Positions 1 to 11,690 of a stretch of 64,000 nucleotides of DNA are shown here, in pieces; position 1 is the first letter of the stretch; the number at the start of each line of letters is the position of its first letter. The stretch lies in assembly GCF_036365525.1 (NCBI RefSeq), contig NC_090371.1, forward strand, positions 36,253,387 to 36,317,386. Direction: 5' to 3'. Both the position numbers and the translations under genes were made by a program. A model generated the notes under the pieces. The model did not search any database. It was not told the DNA's origin and saw nothing but the letters and a program-made list of their open reading frames with translations. The stretch comes from Heterodontus francisci. Taxonomy: Eukaryota.

Positions 1-109
1 AACGTTAACTCTGTTTCTCTCTCCGCTGATGCTGCCAGACCTGCTGAGTATTTCCAGTACTTTCTGTTTTTATTTCGGATTTCCGGCATCCACAGTATGT
101 GGCTTTTAT

Positions 110-350
110 TTGAATGACATCAGTTTTATGGAGGGTAGAATGTGGAAGACTGGTCAGGAGAGCATTGGAATAGTCAAGTCTAGAGGTAACCAAGACATGG
201 ACGAAGGTTTCAGCAGCAGATGAGATGAGACAGGGGCAGAGTCAGGCAATGTTAGAGTTGGAAATAGATGGTCTTAGTGATGGCGTGGATATGCAGTCAG
301 AAGCTTATCTCGGGGTCCAATAAGACACCAAGGTTGCAAACAGTCTGGAA
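110..350 (-). mobile_element. L2-type LINE ORF2 fragment
   Basis: Minus-strand translation VTSRLDYSNALL is typical of the L2 C-terminal region. Confidence 0.6.
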
Positions 351-739
351 TAAATTCCCAATGTCACTGAGGTGGGAGTCGTTTTGAAAAGGATATCAAT
401 GGTTGATGAGCTTCATATTGCTTTGATGTGTTTCACTTATGAAAACAATTTTCCACGGGAAGAGATCCACTTAAGTGCTATACATGCTAAGTATATATTG
501 TTGTCTTAAACAATTATAAACAGGTGTCTCTTATATTACTCTGACAGTTGTTCTTCAATGGGCAATGCTTCTCAAGGGCAATTAGGGATGGGTAATAAAT
601 GCCAGCCTTGACAGTGATGACCACATCCCATGAAGGAATAAAAAAAGTTCCATTTTAAAACTCATCACATTTTTATTAATAATTCTGTCAAAATGGTACC
701 TTAAGCAATTGAAATAATTTATATAAATTAAGAAAACTG

Positions 740-1170
740 TGTACAAAGAGAACCACGAGATTATAACTATAAGGAAAGACTGAACAGGCTGGAGCTCTTT
801 TCCCTAGAAAGGAGAGGCTGAGGGGTAAGCTAATAGTATGAAGCTTAAAATTATGAAGGTGTTCGATAAGGTAGAAATAGAGACCATTGTTTCCACTTGT
901 GCAGAGACAAAAATAGGGACCATAAATATAAGATAGTCACTAATAAATTTCATAAGTACTGCAGGAGAAATGCCTTTACCCAGTGTGGTTAAAATATGGA
1001 CTTGTTGCCACATGGAGTGGTTGAGGTCAATAGCATAGATGCTTTTAAGGGGATGCTAGGTAAGTGCATAAGGGAGAAAGGAATAGAAGGATATGTCTGG
1101 TGTGAAACATAAATATTAGCATGGACCAGTTGGGGCCGAATGGCCTGCTTCTGCGCTGTAAATTCCATGT
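740..1170 (+). mobile_element. Degenerate CR1 3' fragment
   Basis: Resembles the CR1 ORF2 end (LFSLERRG..., tttacccagtgtggt) and the CR1 3' UTR hairpin gggccgaatggcct. Confidence 0.65.
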
Positions 1171-3519
1171 CAAATAAAATGCTCAATAGAGAACTGGGCG
1201 ATGTAACACTAACTCTGTGACAGACAGTGTACAATTAGGCCGTTGTCTGTATTTAACTAGAACCGACAGGAATGAAGATAATCAGAACACTTGATCAATT
1301 CTCTTTTTTTGGACGCGTTATGTGGTTGCATTTTGTTTCCTCTAACGTGTCTGCGAGAATATGTTGAAAATGCAATCTTGTAATACAACTGCTGATGTGT
1401 TCAATATTTATGAAGTAATATTGGGAAAATTGCATTACATCGCTGTTTTCTCTCGAGTGTTCCGGGATGGTGCCTAGAGCTCCCACCTGGTCTTATATCA
1501 AGGCCCCATTCATTTGTGTACACAGAATTGTGTTCTCCAGAAAATCTGGATGTTATCTGCAGCTTGATGTATTTTTTTAGACAGCAAGAGCTTACAATAA
1601 TTTCAAATTACTGAAGAACGGCAACTGAGCTGTTCTTGCTAACATGTTTGCCTTGCTAAGATTCAGTCTTCTTCACTTACTGAAGGACGTTCTCGGGTAA
1701 GAAAGAAAACTTCCTTATGAGCAGATAGACCAGTTTTCACTGGAATTTATTCACCAATTAAACCTACTGCAAGTAACGTGTGCGGTCGTATCTTTGCAGA
1801 ATAACTGTTTAATGAATTAATGAAAGGCTTAGTGTACATACGGAGTACTGTCATACTGGTATACAATGCCAAATATCCGCGCAGAATCGTATATTCTGTT
1901 TCAGTAAGCCACGTGAATATATCAGATATTTTAATTAAGTACCTTTTTAGTACTCAAGGTATAAAATGAACAGCCTTACACAAGACTTGAGATAAAGGGT
2001 TTTCTGTCCCAGTTGTTCACTGGTGGAATACATTCCTAGATGAAGCATGTAAGGCTGATCATTGACGTTGAACACATATCCTATTGAGAGGTTTATACAA
2101 GCACAGATAGGGGATATTCTGTGGAACAATAGTTTGGAGCTTAGTATATATGGTGGCGAGGATAGCGATTAGTCCAATGTAATTTAGAATGTCAGATTAG
2201 TAAAATATTCTGCAATTTTGTTGTTTTAAATCAATAGTTCAAAAAGCTTAGAATAAGAAGCAGTTAGGTCGATATACAATCTAATCTAATCTATCGTGGA
2301 CCCTACTCCACTCATAATTTCCTCCGTAGACGTCCTGCGACTTTTTAACCTAACCTCTAAAAGCAGCTTCCGAACTATTGATGCGTCCCCAATGTCCATT
2401 ATTCAACCCTAGCTGACCCCTTTCAGATGAACACACCTTGTTCTCAATGGAAGAGGGATCTTTGCACTCCTTGGAGTATTTGATTATACCTGGCTATACT
2501 GAAACAATCAAATACACGAACGCTGAATTGGGAATGAATGCATCCAGTTCAGTAGAACACCTTCAGGAAGTATATCTGCCACAGAAATTCATTTGACTCA
2601 ATACCTAATGATTCCTTTCCAATGCATTGAGTTATCCAATAGACTGACGACCTCACTGGACCTTCACCCTCTGTCTTACTAAAGGTTTCTTAGCTCTGAG
2701 TTCACAGTCTCTGTTTATGTCCTCAGAGTGCGAGTTGAACAAACTGCTAACAACCTGCTATGTTTGTATTATTCTTGCAGATCATTTGAAACATTTGAAA
2801 CATTTGGAACTTGCCCCCTCGGTGATGTTTCCACTAAAAGAACACAGTCCAGATTTCTGATTGCCCCCATCTCTATTTGCTATGAGTTTCTGAGCCCTAA
2901 ATACTTGCTCGTTCTTTGAATGGTCTCCAAGCACCTGACTTCTGTCAGAATAATGTAATATAAGCAGAACATGCTGGAAATGCTCAGCAGGTCAGGCAGC
3001 ATTTGGAGAGATGCTGAATATTTCCAGCACTTTCTGTTTCTATTTCAGATTTCCAGCATCCACAGTATTTTGCCTTTGTGTTAGAATAAAGTCTTCGGAT
3101 TTTCAACCAACTAACTCCCAGATACATTCTGGCGATTGATGAACGCAAGGATGCCTCTGAAGGACAGTTTATTATTTTTTATTTATGCCCGAAACTCGAA
3201 GAGACTGAAGGGCCTATGAAAGGAATGGCCATCGTGGGATCAATAACCTTTATCTCGTGTTCTGCAATGTTCCTTAACGCCAAATGCCTAACCCGTTGCA
3301 ACGTGGAATAAAAACAAGAAATGTTGGAAATACTCAGCAGGTCTGGCAGCATCTGTGGAGAGAGAAGCAGAGTTAACGTTTCAGGTCAGTGACCCTTCAT
3401 CAGGTTAACTCTGCTTCTCTCTTCACAGATGTTGCCAGATCTGCTGAGTATTTCCAGCATTTCTTGTTTTTATTTCAGAATTCCAGCATCTGCAGTATTT
3501 TGCTTTTGTTTTACTGTTG

Positions 3520-4812
3520 CAACAAAGAATAAAGAACAGTACAACACAGGAACAGGCCATTCGGCCCTCCAAGCCTGCAGATCTTGATGCCAGCCTAAAC
3601 TAAAACCTTCTGCACTTCCGGGAACATATCACTCGATTCCCATCCTATTCATGTATTTGTCAGGATGCTTCTTAAATGTCGCTATCGTACCTGCTTCCAC
3701 CACCTCCCCCGGCAGCAAGTTCCAGGCATTCACCACCCTCTGTGTAAAGAATTTGCCTCGCACGTCCCTTCTAAACTTTGCCCCTCTCACCTTAAACCTA
3801 TGTCCCCTAGTAACTGACTCTTCCACCCTGGGAAAAAGCTTCTGACTATCCACTCTGTCCATGCCACTCATAACTTTGTAAACCTCTATCATGTCTTTTT
3901 TTTTCCAAAATATACTTTATTCATAAAAATCTGTAAAAATTACATTCCCAAACAGTTTAAAACAGCATCAAGTCAAAAAATACAAACAGTGCAAAGGTGA
4001 TCAGTTTCCTTCTATACAGTCATGAGTTGCCTCACAACTCTTCCATTTCATTGTCGTGCCATATACATTTTTACATTTACAGCACACAAAATTTTCCCGA
4101 TACAGTTCGAGGGGTTTCCCCTGGATCCAGCCCCTCAATTCAGCTTGGTGGGGGGACCTTACATTGTGGACTTTCCCCATTGAGCCTTTGCTGCGGCTGC
4201 CCCAGGCTTTAGTGCGTCCCTCAGCACGTAGTCCTGGACCTTGGAATGTCTGCAACATTCGGTCGTGGACAACTCTTTGCGCTGGAAGACCAGCAAGTTT
4301 CGGGCAGACCAAAGGATGTCTTTCACCGAATTGATAGTCCTCCAGCAGAAGTTGATGTTTGTCTTGGTGTGCGTCCCTGGGAACAGCCCGTAGAGCACAG
4401 ACTCCTGTCTAACAGAGCTGCTTGGGATGAACCTCGACAAAAACCACTGCATCTCTTTCCACACCTGCTTTGCAAAGACACATTCCAGGAGGAGGTGGGC
4501 AACCGTCTCTTCCCCACCACAGCCACCGCGGGGGCATTGTGCGGAGGGGGCGTGCAGGAAGGATCTGACGGGGAGGGCCCTTCTCACCACCAGCCAAGCT
4601 ACATCTTGGTGCTTGTTTGAAAGTTCTGGTGATGAGGCATTCCGCCAAATGACTTTGGCGATCTGCTCGGGGAACCATCTGATAGGCATGTCGCCCCTCC
4701 ACCTCCGTCGTTCCAGTGAAAACAATCCGAGTTTATCCAACCTCTCCTCATAGCTAATGCCCTCCAGCCCAGGCAACATCCTGGTAAACCTCTTCTGTAC
4801 CCTCTCCACTGC
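3520..4812 (-). mobile_element. CR1 3' fragment, split by a Tx1/L1 insertion
   Basis: ERVQKRFTRMLPG...LERRRWRGDM (4812-4687) continues as MIEVYKVMSGMDRVDSQKLFPR (3892-3629), followed by a CR1 tail. Confidence 0.85.
3896..4686 (-). mobile_element. 5'-truncated Tx1/L1-clade LINE (C-terminal CCHC zinc-finger region)
   Basis: CPRGGCGGEETVAHLLLEC motif, AATAAA and poly(A) on the minus strand, flanked by CATGTC direct repeats (3890-3895 and 4687-4692). Confidence 0.8.
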
Positions 4813-4929
4813 CAAGATGTTGCCTGGAACTGTTAAATGTAGAAGACTAACATTTTGCACCATTGATCAGATTCTTGTTCTAGGAGTACCTTTGGAGCAT
4901 ATAGCCTGTTCTCCAGATTTTAGCTTGTC

Positions 4930-5089
4930 AAATATATTTGCATATAATGGGTGTGTGAATGACGTGCCCCTGAGCTGGCTGCTGAGTGGCGCCGAGTGTC
5001 AGGGAGCCCTCTAGTTACTCGAGGTTTCTCCTTATAGCAGAACCTCCTCCCCTCGTCTTCAGTAAACAGCAGCTTTTCACCTGGGCAAA
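4930..5089 (+). promoter_or_regulatory. Putative CD8B proximal promoter / 5' UTR
   Basis: Unique sequence just upstream of the ATG with octamer ATTTGCAT (4936-4943), CRE-like TGACGT (4960-4965) and TTATAG (5032-5037). Confidence 0.45.
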
Positions 5090-5135
5090 ATGAAACTTCT
5101 TGAATATATTTGTATTCTGAGCTGTTGGATAAAAA
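5090..5135 (+). CDS. CD8B: CD8 beta-like gene, coding exon 1 (signal peptide MKLLEYICILSCWIK)
   Basis: ATG at 5090, 15 codons plus 1 nt, donor A|GTAAGT at 5136. Phase 1 matches the IgV exon, giving MKLLEYICILSCWIK-TVQA/QQVLLQTP, a plausible signal peptide. Confidence 0.8.
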
Positions 5136-5536
5136 GTAAGTGCCTTTCGAACTGAAAGTTCCTTTGTCTGAAAATATTTAATTTAAGTTGCTGTGATATG
5201 ACTTTTTGAGCGAGTTTTGAGCAAGAGGTTGTTGAACTGGCTAAGTGACATCCCGATTGTAGAATCGTAAAATCATACAGCACTGGAGGAGGCCATTCGG
5301 CCTATCGTACCTGTGCCTGCTCTTTGAAAGAACTACTCGACTAGTCGCATTCACCTGCTCTCTCCCCCAGCCCTAAAATGTTTCCTTTTCAAGTGTACAT
5401 GTAATTCCATTTTGAAAGTTACTGATGAATCTGTATTCGCTTATCCGGTAGACGGAAAGACAGAAAGAGGATAAGGAATGTTAAAATGAGCTGATTTTGA
5501 GGCTGAAAAAAAACATATGTACATTTTTCTGTTCAG

Positions 5537-5887
5537 CTGTCCAAGCCCAGCAGGTCTTACTGCAGACTCCAAGGAGAATATTGGCGACCAAAGGCGAGAA
5601 GACAGAAATCTTCTGTAATTTGAAAGGATCCTCCTCACTCGATCAGGTATTCTGGTACAAACTCGATGAAAACTCCAACGCGCATTTTGTGATGTCGGCC
5701 AGTGTCCTGAATAAACAGACCCAAGGAGAAGGAATAAATGAACGGTTCATTTTGAATAGAGATGCCTTCCGACTGTCGTTCAGTTTAACGATTATGGATT
5801 TGAGCCTCTCCGACAATGGTACCTATCACTGCCTAATGTTGTCCTCTCAAACCATGCTGCTGGGAGAAGGAAGTGTGGTCACTGTAG
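5537..5887 (+). CDS. CD8B: CD8 beta-like gene, exon 2 (Ig V domain with J-like G strand)
   Basis: Acceptor ttctgttcag|, donor G|GTAAGG, 351 nt, phase 1-1. V-set motifs IFCNL, VFWY, SDNGTYHC, LGEGSVVTV. LQTP, RDAFR and CLMLSSQTMLLGEG resemble CD8 beta (LQQTP, RDASRF, CMIVGSPELTFGKG). Confidence 0.85.
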
Positions 5888-6596
5888 GTAAGGAGATCTC
5901 GAATTTGGATACTGTAAACAGTAACATTTCAAAAAAAATCTTTAAAAAGTAAAATCAGAAAATTCTAGAAACACTCAGCGGCTCAGGCAGTGGAGAGAAA
6001 TAGAGTTAATATTTTAGGCTGATAGCCTTTCATCAGGACCTGCAAAAAATATAGTGGCACATTCATTATAAAGGCCTTCAGAAATCAGTACGGTTGTGAT
6101 TTCAGATATTCCTGTTTCGTAAACGTTTGCTCTGCGCAATTGCCATTTTCAAAGTTATTAATTTAACTGTAGGAACTCCGCTGTATATTCCGATTATACC
6201 GGTTTTCCCTAAGGTTTTGTGATTGAGTTTTAGGATGGGTGCTCTTGGTTCATATTGTTCTACTTGCTGGATGATTGATTTTTAGAGAAGTTATTATCAT
6301 GACTCGTCATCATTCTCAAGTCTAACAAAGTCGGAATTGGAACAAAAACAAGAAATGCTGGATTCACTCAGCAGGTCTGGCAGCATCTGTGGAAAGAGAA
6401 GCAGAGTTAACGTTTCGGGTCAGTGACCCTTCTTCGGAATTGGATTTGTCGTAATTTGATAACGTTAGATCTGATATAGATAACCCCCCAGGGTCCCTGC
6501 GTTGCTGGTTACGAGTTGTTCGCTTTTATTTGACACAAGGCGCTTGGATATAACACACACTAGAACATAATGCTCACAAAACGCTGTTCCTTTCAG

Positions 6597-6704
6597 TTCC
6601 AGAGAGACTGAAAACGACTTCGCCGCCTCCGACTACAAAAGGCCGCAAAATCTATCGTTGCAAGTACCCGATTACGCGTGGCAAAAAGAAAGCGAATAAT
6701 AATG
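6597..6704 (+). CDS. CD8B: CD8 beta-like gene, exon 3 (hinge VPERLKTTSPPPTTKGRKIYRCKYPITRGKKKANNN)
   Basis: Acceptor cctttcag|, donor G|GTAAGA, 108 nt, phase 1-1. Short Thr/Pro-rich basic stalk with one Cys, like the CD8 beta hinge. Confidence 0.85.
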
Positions 6705-6960
6705 GTAAGACTGATGCTAGACTGCAGTGTCTGAGAGATAGACTGGGACTTTCTCCCCATTCAATATATCTGGGAGATAAACAGCGTTGGTTTTCATTTA
6801 ATTTCTTACAGATCCATGGGTTAGAAAAACTGTCCACATTGAGAACCTGGCTTTGAATATCCCGATTCTTCATTAACACCTTACTCTTAACTCTTAACGT
6901 GACAGATGTGTTTTTCTGAAGGTCTTTAATCTGAATCTGCCTCTACATTTATCTTATATC

Positions 6961-7060
6961 AAGTTCTGAGGAAAGGTCACAGACCTGAAACGTTAACTTC
7001 GTTTCTCTTCACAGATGCTGCCAGACCTGCTGAGTATTTCCAGCACTTTTTGTTTTTATT
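6961..7060 (+). ncRNA. Penelope-associated minimal hammerhead ribozyme motif in a short Penelope terminal repeat (CD8B intron 3, sense)
   Basis: AGTT-CTGAGGA-a-aggtc aca gacct-GAAACGTT-AACT. The same repeat caps the Penelope GIY-YIG fragment at 63590-63690. Related copies at ~1-110, 2960-3080, 3307-3510, 5945-6040, 6341-6440, 8345-8450, 15480-15640, 36010-36110, 47160-47290, 54000-54135. Confidence 0.6.
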
Positions 7061-8929
7061 TTTTAAAGGTTATTTTCGTTGTTGGAAACAATCTTTGTGT
7101 AGTTCACAGAAATCAGCACAAGTCTGGCAGCAGATGTTTATTAAAAATGTGTTGGGAGTTATTCAGATTATATAAAAATTCTCATGCAAACTGATGGGGT
7201 GCTGGGATCGTTTTATGTTGGTAACTTTGATGTGGAGTTGAATGAATCCTGAATCATTACATAGGAAAGGTTTTGATTTCAGCTGAACACGAACATGATC
7301 TGAGGTTATCTATCAGAGGCCATGGGAGGGTGTCTTAATATTGAACTACTTTTGTTGGAAATCGTTTCACCATATTTCCTGAAGTTCTCATTCATGCAAA
7401 GGATTTGCTTTTTTCTGGCCTCGTGTGAATGGTGCCATCATTAGCGGCCATGCCTTCAGCAGGCCGGGACTTAAGCTCTGAAATTCCTTCCCTAAACCTC
7501 TCTACATCACACTTTCTTCCTTTCAGGCACTCAGTAAAATATACTTCTATGACCAAGTCTTTGGCCATCTGCTCTAATATCTGCTTATGTGGCTCGGTGT
7601 CAAATTTTGTTTGATAATACTCCAGTGAAACGCCTTTGGAGTTTTAGTGCGTTCTCAAGGCGCTATATAAATGCACGTTGTTGTTATTTGTTCTCCTGTT
7701 TGGACTGGACAGCAGAGAGGTAAATGTAGACAATTTCTAACAAGCAAATACATTGGTTTTAAAATACAGTTGTGTGGGTATCTCCGAACTTTAATGAATT
7801 CGGTGATTGGTGGTGGATTTGTGAGGAAGTTGATGTCTGGTGAATGTCGAGGATCTTGTCTCCTTCATTGAGATAACTGGACGGAGAGGTTTTGCTCAGT
7901 TGAATGATGCTGCTGATGACTTGTTCCCAGGAAACCCTCCTGGTGTGCATTGGAAACCTGCATGTCTGCCTTTTAATTTACAAGTGAGCTTACAGGGCAG
8001 AAGGAGGCCATTCTGCCCATCGTGTCTGTGTTGTTCTTTGCTAAAGTAATACAAAACTATCTCACTGATCCTCATAACCTTATTTCTTCCTTTACTTTAA
8101 TGTTTAAGGGATTACCACCACCCCCACCCCCCCCCCCCCCTTTAAAAGGTGCTGTGGACCCTCACTCAACGCTTATAGTCATGCTGGGCAGCTGCAGAAA
8201 TTCCCCACATTCTGTCCAATTTTGCCCTGAATCTCATTTATTTTAAAATGTATCGTTATAAAACGAATAATTAATCGTTGCATTTCAAAGTTAATTGTAA
8301 TGGATGCATTGGCAGAATGAACAAAGACAATGATCCAACCTGAACTAAAACAGAAAATGCGGGAAATACTCCACAGCTCAGGCAGCATCTGCAAGGGTAG
8401 ACGGGTAAGATTAGCATTTGAAGAACTCTGACCCTTGGTCGGAACCCAGTCTGAGCTTGTTTTCACTTGGTTGGAATAAAAACACCACGGTTGTGAATTC
8501 CTCAATCCACGTGTACTAACACGGCATCTGGAGATTTAGTGTACACTACTCACCGTGCGAATTATTCAAATTAGGGACATACCATTTCTTTAGATTCAAG
8601 ATTTCCACTGAAATTTAACAAGGTTTTTATTTTTTAAAAGAATTTATAAGTGAATCTGTCGCCGAAAATAGCCAACAAGTAATCGTTGACAAAAAAAAAG
8701 TCCAGGGGAGGAATAAATCTACATTGTCACCTAGGTCGCTATGGGTGCAGACGGAATAAAGCAGAAATGCGTAGCAGGTTAGTCAGTGAGTGAAAACTCT
8801 TTCACCAGTCTGGGTGTTACTAAGATTTCTGCGTTTATTTCAAATTTTGATTAATAGGATCATAGAAATCATTTATTGTAATAACAGTAAAGTTTCTTGC
8901 TGTATCCACAAAGCAAGAGCGCTCCAACC

Positions 8930-9355
8930 AAGAGCAGCAGCATTGGCTCAATGATAATACTCTGGCCTCCGAGGCAGAATTGTTACTCCAGTGCAGTACT
9001 GAAGGAGTGCTGCACTGTTGGAGTAGCTGTCTTTTGGATGAGACGTTAAACCAAGGTCCCCCCATCACTACCAGCCACCACCGCCCCACGCACCCACCCC
9101 CCAACATGTTCACATTAAATATCCCAAGGCACTTTCAGAAGAAGAGCAGAGGAATACTCCCCCACGTCCATGCCTAAAACGGGTGATCTGATCATTTATT
9201 TCATTGGTGTGTTTGTGGGATCTTGCTGTGCATATATTAGCTGCGACTTGCAACATTACATCAGTGACTATGCTTTGAAAGTACTTAATTGCCTGTAAAA
9301 TACTTTGGTGGTGGGGGGTGCTGAGGTGGTAAAGGCGCTATGTAATAACTACAAG
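8930..9355 (+). mobile_element. Deu-domain SINE (SacSINE1-like)
   Basis: ttggatgagacgttaaaccaaggtcc core and an L2-like tail (aaaggcgctat). Similar copies at 12260-12960 (-), 45680-46460 (+), 47335-47545 (-). Confidence 0.7.
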
Positions 9356-10009
9356 CAATTTCTTATATTCTCTTTAACGCGTTTGCTTCTTCTTCCTTGT
9401 CAGTCAACAGGACCATATATTACAACATCATCTGTTAACAGATAAAGAAACAAATACTTGAGAATCAAGGGACGTGGGCTTGATCTGAGAAGAGGGAAGT
9501 GTAGGATCATGTTTTCATTTAACTACTTGAGTTAGAACTTTGTGTTGCCCAGAAAGGCCACAGAGAAGATAGTGTGGGGAAGCATGGAGAATTGCGGATA
9601 TATTTGAGGGAGTCATTGCTAGGTAGCCGGAGTTTTCTTCGTGCTGTCCTTTTCTATGTTCCTAAAGGTAGATATAACACAAATATCCAGCATCATTTTT
9701 AAAATCTTAACTTAAAGCTGTCCATATTGATAACAAAATCTTTAAGAAATTACAGTTCAAAGGTACTCTGTTTTAAAATGATATGGTCCAGGGGTGATAA
9801 AATTACAGCTATGATTAAGTTTAACAAGGACTTCCCCCAAAAGAGAAGGTGGATGTAAAATGTAACAGCGGGGGGCCACAGCCTGCTTTATATTTATGTG
9901 ACCTCGTTAGTTTTAATATCTGAAAGCAGTAGTGTAAGAGATGGCACGATCACTGCATTTGATCACATAATGCTGACCTGTTGTAGAATTCAGCAACATG
10001 CAGGATTCG

Positions 10010-11200
10010 AGAAAGACCACTTTGATTTTGGATTTTAGCAAGGCTTTTGACAAGGACCCACATGGCAGACTGGTTAAAAAAAGTAAAAGCCCATAGGATC
10101 CAGGGAAATGCAGCAAGGTGGATACAAAATTGGTTCTGTGGCAGGAAACAGAGGGTAATTGTTGACAGGTGTTTCTGTGACTGGAGGGCTGTTTCCAGTG
10201 GCATTCCGCAGGGCTCGGTACTGGGTCCCCTGCTTTTTGTGGTATGTATTAACAATTTGGACGTAAATGTAGGAGGCATGATCAAGAAGTTTGCAGGCGA
10301 CACAAAGATAGCGAGGAGGATAGCTGTAGACTGCAGGAAGATATCAATGGACTGGTCAGATGGGTAGAAAAGTGGCAAATGGACTTCAGTCCGGAGAAGT
10401 GTGAGGTGATGCATTTGGGGAGGACAAACAAGACAAAGGAATACATGATTAATGGGAGAATACCGAGAGGTGTAGAGGAAGTGAGAGACCTTGGAGTGAA
10501 TGTCCACAGATCCCTGAAGGTAGCAGGACAGGTCGATAGGTGGTTAAGAAGGCATATGGAATCCTTTCCTTTATTAGCCGAGGTATAGAATATAAGAGCA
10601 GGGAGGTTATGCTGGAACTGTGTAACTCATTGGCTAGGACACAACTTGAGTACTGTGTGCATTTCTGGTCACCTCATTACAGAAAGGATGTAATTGCACA
10701 AGAGAGGGTATAGAGGAGATTGTTGAGGATGTTGCCAGGACTGAAAAAATGCAGCTACCAGGAAAGATTGAGTAGGCTGGCTTTGTCCTCCTTGGAACAG
10801 AGAAGGCTGGGGGGAGATTTGATTGAAATGTACAAAAGTTTGGGGGGCTTTGATAGAGTGGAGGTGAAGGGTCTATTCACCTTATCAGAGAGGTCAGTGA
10901 CGAGGGGGCATAGATTTAAAGTAATTGGTAGAAAAATTAGAGGGGAGATGAGGAAAAATATTTTCACCCAGAGGGTGGTGGGGGTCAGGAACTCACTGCC
11001 TGAAAGGGTAGTTGAGGCAGAAACCCTCAACTCATTCAAAAGGAGTCTGGATATGCACCTCGAGTGCTGTAATCTGCAGGGCTACGGACCAAATGCTGGA
11101 AGGTGGGATTAGAATGGGTGGATTGTTTTTCGGCCGGCACAGACACGATGGGCCAAGTGGCCTCTTTCTGTGCCCTAAACTTTCTATGATCGGATGATCT
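10010..11200 (+). mobile_element. Degenerate 5'-truncated CR1 in CD8B intron 3
   Basis: RT motifs DFSKAFDK, GIPQGSVLGP, KFAGDTK with frameshifts, followed by a CR1 3' UTR. Confidence 0.9.
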
Positions 11201-11453
11201 AGCCCTCACCCCTGACGATTAGCTGAACATCTCACTGGCAATTTGTACCTATAGACAACAATTTGCTCACTGGGAGTTCCAAGTCCTGTTATCCAAAAGC
11301 CATGGGATCACTTCTGTTTCATGGGGGACAATTGTTCCATGTCGTTTTGCCCAGTAACATGGAATGCCTTGTATTGTCATAGGTGAAATATGCCCATTGT
11401 TTTGTCTTGCATTGGGTAAGGATTACTGATTTGCAATTGTGTTGTTTTTCCAG

Positions 11454-11552
11454 GGTATGTCTGTAACTGGACTATTTGGGGATCATTGACAGGCTGCAAC
11501 CTCCTTTTATTGATCTCTATCGTTTTTATCGTCATCCATTTTAGGAATAAGA
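11454..11552 (+). CDS. CD8B: CD8 beta-like gene, exon 4 (transmembrane GYVCNWTIWGSLTGCNLLLLISIVFIVIHFRNK)
   Basis: Acceptor tgtttttccag|, donor A|GTAAGT, 99 nt, phase 1-1. Membrane-proximal Cys, then a hydrophobic helix and basic residues. Confidence 0.85.
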
Positions 11553-11649
11553 GTAAGTCCGGATATTAATCTCTCATGTGTTGATATATTTCATGAGTCG
11601 TCACAGTATTTATTTGTTCATGAGCTCCCTGTTTCTCTTCCCTTTCTAG

Positions 11650-11690
11650 AGTCCCGGAGGCGATGTCCCCACCAGTTTCGGAAAAAGTAA
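11650..11690 (+). CDS. CD8B: CD8 beta-like gene, exon 5 (cytoplasmic tail KSRRRCPHQFRKK*)
   Basis: Acceptor ccctttctag|, in frame with exon 4. RRRCPH is the CxH motif of fish CD8 tails. TAA at 11688-11690. The 3' end is ambiguous (see findings). Confidence 0.8.

Noticed and set aside
1644-1696. ATG-initiated hydrophobic stretch MFALLRFSLLHLLKDVL as the CD8 signal exon
   Set aside because: Its donor is phase 2 and incompatible with the phase-1 V exon. The 5090 exon fits.
5497-5952. 151-aa ORF taken as a single-exon gene
   Set aside because: Both ends are intron read-through. Only 5537-5887 is exonic.
8022-8246. Poly-proline ORF
   Set aside because: Produced by an intronic poly-C tract.
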